The notes under the pieces: generated by a model
The model's database searches: none
Told to the model about the DNA's origin: nothing
What the model saw: the letters and a program-made list of their open reading frames with translations, nothing else
Shown here: positions 23,598 through 32,000 of the stretch, piece by piece
Position numbering within the stretch: position 1 is the stretch's first letter
How the letters are laid out: each line of letters begins with the position of its first letter
Position numbers and translations under genes: made by a program
Source of the DNA: Zygophlyctis sp. KS116
Taxonomy: Eukaryota > Fungi > Chytridiomycota
Length of the DNA: 32,000 bases
NCBI GenBank assembly: GCA_054661495.1
Contig: BAAFSQ010000074.1
Location: forward strand, 8,205-40,204
Direction: 5' to 3'

Positions 23598-25098
23598 TTA
23601 AATACTCTTTGGCAATCTTAAAGCTTTTTCAAATAAGGCTTTTAATTTGACCTGATTCTCCTCAGAGTTTAGCAATTCAAACGCCTCTGATTCAGTAGGC
23701 TTACCACGCAATGCATTCTCTCGTTGAATAATAAAGGAGTCACGCAAACTCCTTTTCAATATTTCCAAATGAAAGTCTTGATTAATAAAATCGTCTTCTT
23801 CAATAATCCTCGGAGAATCTTTTTCCGTAAGATTAATCAGCTCCAGACCATACAACTTTTTAACATTTGCGACTAAATCATCATCATACTCTTCCAAATG
23901 ATGAAGATCTTGACAAATCCGATCAAAAGATTCTAGATCTTTTTTCAATAAACATATTTGTAAGATAAGATTCATTATTGAAGATCCAAATAGCCTTTTT
24001 TCAGTATTCATTTTCTGATATTGATAAATCTTGTTAATTTTATGATATAATATAGAAACATCCACAGAAAACGGTTTAGTTTGAATTTCATTTTTACAAA
24101 AATCCAATAATGGTAGAAACAAAGAATCTGTAATCCGAATACCCAATTTTAAAGCATCATCATAAACTTTACAAATTTTAGTAGAACGAAGAGCTGCAGG
24201 AGAAGATTTACAAACGATTGCTAATATTTTCCCAATTACAAATCCCTTTGATTTCTCATCTAATTTGTTAGATTCTTTTGTTATCGCATATATCGCCCTA
24301 TATTATATAAGCTATTTACTAGACTTACCAGCATCTACCTTCCCACTTCAACTCTTCTTCCTCGCCAAAAGGATGCTTACCTTTTTTCAGTAGTAAACAC
24401 GAATAAAAAGCATTTGCTCCAATTTTAATCATTGTTTTTAAGCATGATGAGTCAATTGAATCCTTTGCTAGACTTTCAAAGATGCCCCACGCGGTCTCAT
24501 ACTGTTCCTTTGAAATACAAATCTGTAGTATAATATTTGATAAATCTATAATTCTCTTATTATTCTGTAGAGCAAACTGATACCATTTATGAGACTTAAA
24601 AATCCTTTTAGACTCTTGATACTTTTCTAAACAAGATATAAAGTGTTCTTCGTCCGTGTAAATATCGTAAATCAATTGTAAATGCGCCTTTTCTTCATCT
24701 GATAACTTTAATGATTTAATTTGAGACAATAATTCATCGGCTGCTTTGACCCACTGCGGCCTTTTAATTAGATAGCATTCTAGAATTATTCTATAGTCTT
24801 CAAATTCCTTTTCCTTTTGTAATTCTATTAAACTCAACGCATGATCCAAATCTCCCTTATTCTTTAATAGATTTGCAAGTCTTTGAAGCGTTTGTTTATC
24901 CTGAATGTTTTGAGATATGAAATAGTCCAGACAGAGTCTAGTTAGCGTAGTATTAAATTCATCATCTTCCTCAACCAGCACCAGTAAATTGTTGAAAGAA
25001 TCTCTTAATTCATGCAATTCTTTCCATTCCTGATTCTTAAAATGTAAAACTATTCTATCGATATCATTCCCTTCATTCACCAGCGTCAAAGAACTCAT
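23598..25098 (-). CDS. Uncharacterised alpha-helical (possibly PPR/TPR-like) protein, 489 aa
   Basis: Two long ORFs joined in frame by a 31-nt intron at 24298-24328 (GTAAGT...TAG). Helical repeat-like segments such as EQYETAWGIFESL. Function not assignable. Confidence 0.7.
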
Positions 25099-25113
25099 GT
25101 CCGGAGTTTACTT

Positions 25114-26103
25114 TTATTTATTACTAGACAATTGCTGTAAAATTACATCATTAGTCTGAATTTTCTTGGCTTTTATACTAGACTGCAGCATTGCATTTAG
25201 AGAGTTTGAAGCGTCTCCTTTAGAGTTACTATAGAATGATTTATCTGAATTACTCTGAACTTTGATATTTGATATATTCTTGTTTGGACTATCCAATGGC
25301 ACTAGAGGTTTTGTGGAAGATGTCATTAAATTCGTAGCAGGTGCTGTGACTAAAGATCTGACTGGTGCTGTGGCAATAGGACCTGTCATTGGAGCTGAAC
25401 CCAAAGAAACCATCGGAGGTACAATACAAGATTTCATAGCAGATTCCAAGGGCGGTGGCATGGCTGATACCATAGGATAAAGAGCCATTGCAGATTCAAT
25501 TGGTGGTGCCATTGGAAAAGAAGGGTGATTTACAGGTCTATATCCTAGAGAAACATTATTACTACCAAACTCTGCAGATTTGTAAACATCTGTAGGTTGT
25601 ATTACAGGAAAAGATGACTGATAATTATTTGGAAATCCTTGCTGATAACTGATTGGAAATACTTGATTTTGCTGATCAGGAGGAACACTGACAGAAGAAC
25701 GTGCCAACATCGCCATGACTCTTTGAAATTGTTGCTGTTCTTGTGTTAATGGGGGATCCTCTAATTTTTCTACTTTTGGAAATTGCAATATAGGAGCTTC
25801 TACTTTTGGAACTTGAGCCTTGGTATTATCATCAAAAAACTTTAAGAATCTAGACTTTTGCAGTGAATCGTCTTGAGGCTGTGGGGCTTGTTTAGATTTC
25901 ATCATTAATTTAAATTCTTGAATTGCATCCATTCCCTTTGATTCAAAACTAAATTTTTCATCTTGCACATCCCATTCGTCCTTTTTTACAACTTTATTTT
26001 TCTTAGTGTTGCCTAAAGTTGAAATTTCTAAATTTATTTTTGGAACTAGCGGAGATGATGACAAATACATGAGAAACTCATGAGAATATCTTTCTTTTGA
26101 CAT
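25114..26103 (-). CDS. Putative eIF4E-binding translational repressor (4E-T/Eap1-like), 329 aa
   Basis: N-terminal YxxxxL-phi motif (RYSHEFLMYLSSSPLV), short islands MDAIQEFKLMMK and SRFLKFF, and a P/Q/S-rich low-complexity remainder. Confidence 0.6.
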   Translation of the reverse strand: MSKERYSHEFLMYLSSSPLVPKINLEISTLGNTKKNKVVKKDEWDVQDEKFSFESKGMDAIQEFKLMMKSKQAPQPQDDSLQKSRFLKFFDDNTKAQVPKVEAPILQFPKVEKLEDPPLTQEQQQFQRVMAMLARSSVSVPPDQQNQVFPISYQQGFPNNYQSSFPVIQPTDVYKSAEFGSNNVSLGYRPVNHPSFPMAPPIESAMALYPMVSAMPPPLESAMKSCIVPPMVSLGSAPMTGPIATAPVRSLVTAPATNLMTSSTKPLVPLDSPNKNISNIKVQSNSDKSFYSNSKGDASNSLNAMLQSSIKAKKIQTNDVILQQLSSNK

Positions 26104-26133
26104 TTTATTGAAATTTTTCTCGACAAGAAATTT

Positions 26134-26799
26134 TTACAGTTGAGACCCTGCACCTACCAAGAAATGTGCTACCGTTCCCAAAAGCCAAGCTAGTCCATAC
26201 AGTCCCATAATAATCCATGATCCTAGAATAGTAACTATACTTGCTACAATATCTAAAACTATTTTTGAGACTAGAGGAAATATTGATCTTTTTTTAAAGA
26301 CTGAAAGAGAAAATATTTCAGCCTTAAAGTTCAATCCTGGAAACAATCGTGTATTGATCAATTTCTGCAATTTTATAGATTCATGATCAAGAAATTTCAC
26401 ATGTTTGATCTGATTACTGATATAATCACTATTAGTTAACAGTATATTTGAGGTTAAGTTTTGTAAATCTAAAATCAGTAAATCTTTCCATATTTTGAGC
26501 AATTTTCTGGGACTATTTGTATCATGACTAGAGAGGTAAGAGGTAGTTGCATGTCCAAGATTAATATTTAATAAATCTCGAAAATCATTGATATGATCAG
26601 ATAGAGAATTTGGATATTTTGAATTTTCTAGAATAGGATTTAATATGTATCGTGCATTATTTATAGACTTGTTGACATTAGTTGTAACTTTGTCAAGAGA
26701 TCTTAATAATAGGTGATTGTTGAGTCTTGGATTCTTCTTGATAGATGTAATGAAACTAGACACAGCATTCACATACAAGACAAGAAATAAAAGCTTCAT
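26134..26799 (-). CDS. Hypothetical secreted/membrane-anchored protein, 221 aa
   Basis: Intronless ORF with a signal-peptide-like start MKLLFLVLYVNA and a hydrophobic C-terminus (1-2 TM helices). Confidence 0.6.
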   Translation of the reverse strand: MKLLFLVLYVNAVSSFITSIKKNPRLNNHLLLRSLDKVTTNVNKSINNARYILNPILENSKYPNSLSDHINDFRDLLNINLGHATTSYLSSHDTNSPRKLLKIWKDLLILDLQNLTSNILLTNSDYISNQIKHVKFLDHESIKLQKLINTRLFPGLNFKAEIFSLSVFKKRSIFPLVSKIVLDIVASIVTILGSWIIMGLYGLAWLLGTVAHFLVGAGSQL

Positions 26800-27165
26800 C
26801 GAAATATTCCAGATTCTGACGGGCTTAGTGGCGCGGAGCTTGAAAATGCTTTGGATTTTCCGTTTGCAAATGATTTACATTACTATATTTGATTACAGAT
26901 TTTGATCTGGTATAGTTTAAAACTCCCAAAAATAAGTCTTTATTGGTGCATTGTAGATAAATAATATAAAAATGGTTAATTTGTGACGAATTGGATCGAT
27001 TGCAAATGCTCATAGACATGAAAACCAACGGTAAATCAGCGTGTAAACACTGATTAAATGAATTGATTCGAGCAACTAATGTATTCAAAGCTATGAATAA
27101 GTGATGGAGTCAAGAGCTGAGCTTTTTGTGTCAGGAATATGTGCAAAATAGAATTTTCCTGAATC

Positions 27166-27448
27166 TGTGAGACTTAGACTTAATAATCTCAGATAAAACC
27201 CTTTATAGTCAATATCTTTATTGTGTATTTACCTTTATAGTCAATATCTTTATTGATATTCGCTATAAAGGAAAAGGTCCGACGCGTTCAACCTAACACG
27301 CCAGGCCCGAGAACCTAGTACTGAATTGAACCTTATAATAGAACCTAGGACTGAGTAGAACCTAGCAATCGATAAGATTATATGGCAATAAGAATTAAAT
27401 AAAGTTATACTGATATAAGGATATAAGAAGTCACTGACTGATAGCACA
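27166..27448 (-). repeat. 3' LTR, 283 bp, TGT...ACA
   Basis: Identical to 31723-32000 over the 278 bp visible. Termini are TGTG/CACA. Left flank 27161-27165 (GAATC) is the candidate target-site duplication. Confidence 0.95.
27200..27255. repeat. 24-bp direct repeat within the LTR, each copy carrying AATAAA on the element strand
   Basis: CCTTTATAGTCAATATCTTTATTG at 27200-27223 and 27232-27255, and likewise in the other LTR. Confidence 0.9.
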
Positions 27449-30400
27449 TCCTTCTCCCGGGGTAGCACGGCAGATTGAAATTACACATCTAAGACCGGAA
27501 GGAAGAAGTGATCGTTTGTGAAAGACTAACTGGATACCGCCAGCTGAATTTTCTGTAATAAGATTTAAGTCCTGTGAGCTGACAAAAGGTGCTAAGTGAT
27601 TTGCGTTAACCGGATGCGGTTCCAATTCCCCATTTGGTTTCTTTAGCACATATGAATCATTTGGACCCACTTTATAGATGATGAATGGGCCCTCCCAACG
27701 AGACGCCAATTTAGGAATCATCATGGAAGGCAGGCGTTTCCGTATTCGTTTGACAAACTGACCGATTACAAATTGATTAGAAACGGTTTTATGATTTAAC
27801 TCATATTTGTCGACCATATTTCGAGCTTGTGCATTTGAATTGAATAAAGCTGCTGCCCGGGCCTGGCCTAAATTTTCCAATTCACGAACTGTATATAAAA
27901 GTCGATCTTCAGGACGTTGAAAATTAAAAACTTGAGGAATTGAAGATCCTAATGGCAGCCGAGGACTAATTCCGTGAGCCAAATAAAACGGAGAGTGCCC
28001 AGTAACAGAATGATGTCTAGCATTGAGATTGAGAACTGCTGTTTCTAAGTAAATATCCCATTTAGCCCAAATACCATTGCAAGATTTTCGCAATATACTT
28101 TCTAATACTCCATTTGTTCGTTCCACTAGAGCATTCGTTTGCGGATGATATGCAGACGAATGATCCAATTTAATACTATGTACATTACAATAGTCAGCCA
28201 GGTCGTGCAGGAAATACGAAGCACGATCTGTTATAATGCGGTGTGGGTAACCATATTGGGTACATAACTGATGGATAAAGCCGAGAACATGGCTAGTTTC
28301 TCTAGAGGGAAAAGCTTTAGCTATTGAATATCGAGTTGAACGATCTACAGCAATCAAAATTTGACTATTTCCAGAATCTGTCACGGGTAAATCTTGTATA
28401 AAATCAAGATGCCATGTGTGAAATGGGACTCCGGGGTCTGGGAGAGGATGGCGGGGGTGCGGTCGAGGGCGGGTCTGGGTGTTGTACATTTGACAAATAG
28501 AGCATGACTTGCAGAACTTTTCATAATCAGTGCGAATTCCAGGCCACCAGTAGCGAACTAGGAGTGAGGGAAAGGTTGCACGAAGGCCCAAATGACCTAA
28601 TGTTTCGTGCGTTTCCTTCATAACTGTGGTGCGCAAATCGTGATATAAATATGGAACTGCTATTTCCTGACGATTGAAACGGACTTTCCGGAACAGTTCA
28701 CCATTCTTGACAGAAAAATAATCCTTCTCCCTTTTAATTCGTTTTTTGAATTGAAGTGGTAAAGATTCAGGAATAATGTTATCAGTAAGGTAACGAAACA
28801 TAAAAATAGGCCAAATAGCAGCTGTAACGAGAGTAGGGTCCCTAGCTGCCCTTGATTCCGGAGATTCATGAGGAGGAGAGGATGTGGGTAAAGACGACAA
28901 ACTATTTAAGAAATAACTTGAAGGCAGAAGAGTAGATTCCTTAGTAGAAGAAGATTTAAAATCGGCTCGGCGTGAAAGGAAATCAGCAACACAATTCTTT
29001 GCACCTGAGATATAAGAGATACAAAAATTATAATCAGCAAGGAATTGCTGCCAACGAGCTTGTCGCTGGTTTAATTTTTGAGCTGATTTGAAGAAAGTCA
29101 GATTGTCGTGATCCGTAAAAACTTGGATAGGTTTGGCGGTGCTGATCAATAAATGACGCCAATAAGACAATGGTTCTTTTATGGCCAGTAGCTCCTTATC
29201 GTAGATTGCATAGTTCTTCTCCGATTCAGTGAGTTTCCGAGAAAAGAAAGCAATCGGTTGCAAATCCCCACTACTAGAACGTTGGTGCAAAGCTGCACCA
29301 ATTGCAAAGTTAGATGAGTCGCAGAAGAGATAAAAAGCCTCACGTCTGTCAGGAAGAGCCAAAAAGCGATCAATTTGGAATGCGTCTTTAAGCCGTAAAA
29401 AAGCTTCATGACAATCAGAAGTCCAATGAAATTGAGCACTTTTCTTCAGTAAGTTCAACAAAGGCATGCAGATCTTAGTATAGAGAGGGATGAAAGTTCT
29501 ATAGAAATTGCAGACTCCCAGAAAGGACTGTAGCTGTTTGACTGATCTTGGCTGCTGAAACGCATTAATTGCGTCTACCTTTGACTGAACCATTTTTATT
29601 CCTTCCTGCCCCAATTTAAACCCCAAGAACTCCACTTCAGGAAGCATAAACTGACATTTCTTTAAATTTGCCACTAATCCATTTTCTCCTAATATCCTTA
29701 AAACCTGCTTAAGGAGGTGCATATGTTTTTCTCGTTCTCTTTCATATATCAAGATATCATCTATATATACATATACACCCTGACCGATAAGATTGGCAAA
29801 TAAGCGATTCATTACGTCTTGAAAGTGTCCCGGAGCGTTCTTAAGCCCAAAAGGAATAACGTGGTACTTGAATTTACCAAATTTTGTAACAAAGGTAGAA
29901 AGATTCTCTGAATCCTTAGTGAGCCTAAGTAAGTTAAACGCTCCCTTCAGATCGATTTTGGAGTAGAGAGGGCTTAGAGAGGATTGATCTCCTAATGAGG
30001 CGAGAACTTCTTGGATATCAGGCAGAATAGCTTGCGTTGGTACAGTAATTTCATTAAGCTTTCTATAATCGACGCACATGCGCAATTCCCCATCAGTTTT
30101 CTTTACAAATAGAACTGGAGAAGAACCAAATGAATCTGAGCATGATATCTTGCCTGTATCCAGACCTTTTTCAATTTCATGTTTTAGTGCCTCTTCCTCC
30201 TTTAAAGACAGTTTGTATGGGAACGATTGGGGTACAACTGCTCCTTCAACTAAAGTTATAGGCATTGCAAAATCCTTGTTGTATTTAGGCAAACAGTTCG
30301 TCTTGGCCAGATCAAAAACATCACTGAACTCTTCTAGGTAGTAAGGTAGAAGTGTATCATCAGAATCAGAGATTTCGACTAATCTTAGCGAGAAAGATTT

Positions 30401-31705
30401 AAATTGTTGCGGAGATTTCTTTGAAGGTTTAAATTGTGGTGGAGATTTCTTTGAAAGTGTGCCACTAACGCAATCAATCACAACAGAGTTAGTCCTCAAC
30501 CAATCCAGACCCAGGATGATTGATTCCTTGAGATTATTTACAATTAAGAAAGAGATAGCGTATTCGTTCCCATTGATTTGACACTTTAGAGGTGCAGTTG
30601 ATAACGTAATGTAATCAAGAATAGAGCCATCAAACGCTTTTAAGGCGATTTTTGGTACTGATAGTACAGGTAATTTGAACTTTGATGCCAATTTGGCATG
30701 CATTAGAGCAGTTCCTTGAGCACCAGTATCTATCAGTGCGGGTAACCGGGCATGGTTAGGCAAAGTAATATCGACCCTTAAACTCCCCTCATTAATAACA
30801 GACAGATAAAGGGTTGAAGCAGCTGTATTTAACGTACACCCAGGACGATGACCCTTAAATTCTCGGCACTTATAGCAGATCTGATTAGCAACGCAGATTT
30901 TTTTAAAGACTTGATACTCCTCCTGAGGCATAAATTTCCAAAGGTTTTTTGAGTTTTGCTCAATTCTGCTCAAGTCCATTGGTATTACACCTTCTTCTTT
31001 GCATATTTCATTATTTGAAACACCTTGCAGTAACCAAGAACGAAGAGCCAGATAATCGACCTTTAATTCAGGCTGCCCTCTTGCATGATTGAGAATGTCT
31101 TTCCGGGTAGAGTTGTTCATTGCTCGGATAAAAACATCAATTCTATCATCAGCAGAAGTAGTGCGTGCTCTTATTGATTCAAACTTGGTAATAAAGGTGC
31201 GAATATGCATGCTCCCTTGTTTTAGAGTAAATAGATCATTTTCAGCTACATCTGCTTCATTTGGATCGGCAAAAGCTAAAGTGAATCTGGCCCAGAATGC
31301 GGAGAAAGAGTTAGACAGTTCAGTTGGTGTCTTCTTTTCACCCAACTTGAAAGCTGTGAACCAATCCAGAGCAGTACCAACCAGTCTAGTCCCGATATAA
31401 TCAATTTTAGAAAAATCTTTAGCAAATCGAGAAGGTTGATTTCTAAAAAACGACTCTAGTAAAACTTCAAACTGACTAAAGTCCTGATGATTTCCCGAGA
31501 ACTCTCTAACGTCTGGCATTTTAGCATCTTTCTCCAATTTAGTGTCTGTTTGAGGCTTGAGCTGTACCTCTTGTAACTTGTGCATCATCTGGTACATCTG
31601 AGTTATAAGGCCCTCCATTTCATTTTGTTTGTTTATCAATTGTTCAATATTTGCCGCGTTAGCAAAGACATTGTCTAGCGGTGAAACTGGTCTATTTTCA
31701 GACAT
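27431..31705 (-). CDS. Gag-Pol polyprotein, 1424 aa single ORF
   Basis: Retrotransposon gag (LKQGSM...F), Zn knuckle CYKCREFKGHRPGC, protease LIDTGA, RT (LRMCVDYRKLN, PFGLKNAP, YIDDILI), RNase H (CDSSNFAIGA, YDKELLAI, FTDH), integrase HHCC + D,D,E (HLDFI, ITDRAS, LVERTN) and GPY/F module WEGPF. Confidence 0.97.
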   Translation of the reverse strand: MSENRPVSPLDNVFANAANIEQLINKQNEMEGLITQMYQMMHKLQEVQLKPQTDTKLEKDAKMPDVREFSGNHQDFSQFEVLLESFFRNQPSRFAKDFSKIDYIGTRLVGTALDWFTAFKLGEKKTPTELSNSFSAFWARFTLAFADPNEADVAENDLFTLKQGSMHIRTFITKFESIRARTTSADDRIDVFIRAMNNSTRKDILNHARGQPELKVDYLALRSWLLQGVSNNEICKEEGVIPMDLSRIEQNSKNLWKFMPQEEYQVFKKICVANQICYKCREFKGHRPGCTLNTAASTLYLSVINEGSLRVDITLPNHARLPALIDTGAQGTALMHAKLASKFKLPVLSVPKIALKAFDGSILDYITLSTAPLKCQINGNEYAISFLIVNNLKESIILGLDWLRTNSVVIDCVSGTLSKKSPPQFKPSKKSPQQFKSFSLRLVEISDSDDTLLPYYLEEFSDVFDLAKTNCLPKYNKDFAMPITLVEGAVVPQSFPYKLSLKEEEALKHEIEKGLDTGKISCSDSFGSSPVLFVKKTDGELRMCVDYRKLNEITVPTQAILPDIQEVLASLGDQSSLSPLYSKIDLKGAFNLLRLTKDSENLSTFVTKFGKFKYHVIPFGLKNAPGHFQDVMNRLFANLIGQGVYVYIDDILIYEREREKHMHLLKQVLRILGENGLVANLKKCQFMLPEVEFLGFKLGQEGIKMVQSKVDAINAFQQPRSVKQLQSFLGVCNFYRTFIPLYTKICMPLLNLLKKSAQFHWTSDCHEAFLRLKDAFQIDRFLALPDRREAFYLFCDSSNFAIGAALHQRSSSGDLQPIAFFSRKLTESEKNYAIYDKELLAIKEPLSYWRHLLISTAKPIQVFTDHDNLTFFKSAQKLNQRQARWQQFLADYNFCISYISGAKNCVADFLSRRADFKSSSTKESTLLPSSYFLNSLSSLPTSSPPHESPESRAARDPTLVTAAIWPIFMFRYLTDNIIPESLPLQFKKRIKREKDYFSVKNGELFRKVRFNRQEIAVPYLYHDLRTTVMKETHETLGHLGLRATFPSLLVRYWWPGIRTDYEKFCKSCSICQMYNTQTRPRPHPRHPLPDPGVPFHTWHLDFIQDLPVTDSGNSQILIAVDRSTRYSIAKAFPSRETSHVLGFIHQLCTQYGYPHRIITDRASYFLHDLADYCNVHSIKLDHSSAYHPQTNALVERTNGVLESILRKSCNGIWAKWDIYLETAVLNLNARHHSVTGHSPFYLAHGISPRLPLGSSIPQVFNFQRPEDRLLYTVRELENLGQARAAALFNSNAQARNMVDKYELNHKTVSNQFVIGQFVKRIRKRLPSMMIPKLASRWEGPFIIYKVGPNDSYVLKKPNGELEPHPVNANHLAPFVSSQDLNLITENSAGGIQLVFHKRSLLPSGLRCVISICRATPGEGCAISQ
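27449..27458 (-). other. Polypurine tract (plus-strand primer)
   Basis: GGGAGAAGGA on the element strand, directly abutting the TG of the 3' LTR. Confidence 0.85.
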
Positions 31706-31709
31706 TTAG

Positions 31710-31720
31710 ATAGCGAATAT
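31710..31720 (-). other. Self-priming (Tf1-type) primer binding site
   Basis: ATATTCGCTAT lies 2 nt inside the 5' LTR boundary. It has no TGG tRNA-type start and is the exact reverse complement of an 11-mer within the LTR (31813-31823). Confidence 0.75.
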
Positions 31721-31722
31721 TC

Positions 31723-32000
31723 TGTGAGACTTAGACTTAATAATCTCAGATAAAACCCTTTATAGTCAATATCTTTATTGTGTATTTACCTTTATAGTCA
31801 ATATCTTTATTGATATTCGCTATAAAGGAAAAGGTCCGACGCGTTCAACCTAACACGCCAGGCCCGAGAACCTAGTACTGAATTGAACCTTATAATAGAA
31901 CCTAGGACTGAGTAGAACCTAGCAATCGATAAGATTATATGGCAATAAGAATTAAATAAAGTTATACTGATATAAGGATATAAGAAGTCACTGACTGATA
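31723..32000 (-). repeat. 5' LTR (truncated by window end)
   Basis: Direct repeat of 27166-27443 with no mismatch found by eye. Confidence 0.95.

Larger units (their letters stand above)
27166..32000 (-). mobile_element. Full-length Ty3/gypsy LTR retrotransposon (about 4.84 kb; last ~5 nt of the 5' LTR lie outside the window)
   Basis: Two direct LTRs, a polypurine tract and a single intact gag-pol ORF with domain order Gag-PR-RT-RH-IN. Confidence 0.97.

Noticed and set aside
26800-27165. ORFs 26825-27088 and 26717-26905, or a tRNA gene as a Ty3-type target
   Set aside because: Non-ATG starts, no recognisable motifs, and no A/B boxes or cloverleaf seen.
27311-27365. GAACCTAG repeats in the LTR as a CRISPR-like array
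   Set aside because: Short irregular 8-mers in U3 of a eukaryotic LTR, with no spacer structure or cas genes. At most they are enhancer-like repeats.
28660-31400. Small alternate-frame and antisense ORFs inside gag-pol
   Set aside because: Short and motif-free, as expected by chance within a long coding region.

Overview
This is eukaryotic, fungal-type nuclear DNA that is AT-rich and very gene-dense. An early-diverging (chytrid-like) fungus is my inference, not something the sequence proves. Fifteen host genes, in order: a 5'-truncated RCC1-repeat gene, three tandem OPT oligopeptide transporters, kinetochore Spc105/Spc7, a PMT O-mannosyltransferase, RPAP1/Rba50, peptide deformylase, HIS6, a DUF89/ARMT1 phosphatase, importin-alpha, a Ste20-like PAK kinase, an uncharacterised helical protein, a 4E-T/Eap1-like eIF4E-binding protein and a small membrane protein. 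An intact young Ty3/gypsy retrotransposon with identical LTRs follows. The fragmented ORF track is explained by tiny introns. Splicing by hand gave 50 introns: 49 are 23-35 nt (median 27) and one is 50 nt. Every reconstructed CDS restores an uninterrupted frame. The introns have minimal GTA...WAG signals resembling Paramecium introns. Other highlights are a Tf1-like self-priming site coupled to an AATAAA-loop hairpin in the LTR, a gene-conversion tract between OPT paralogues, and intergenic gaps as small as 1-40 bp. All counts were done by hand and no database searches were run.
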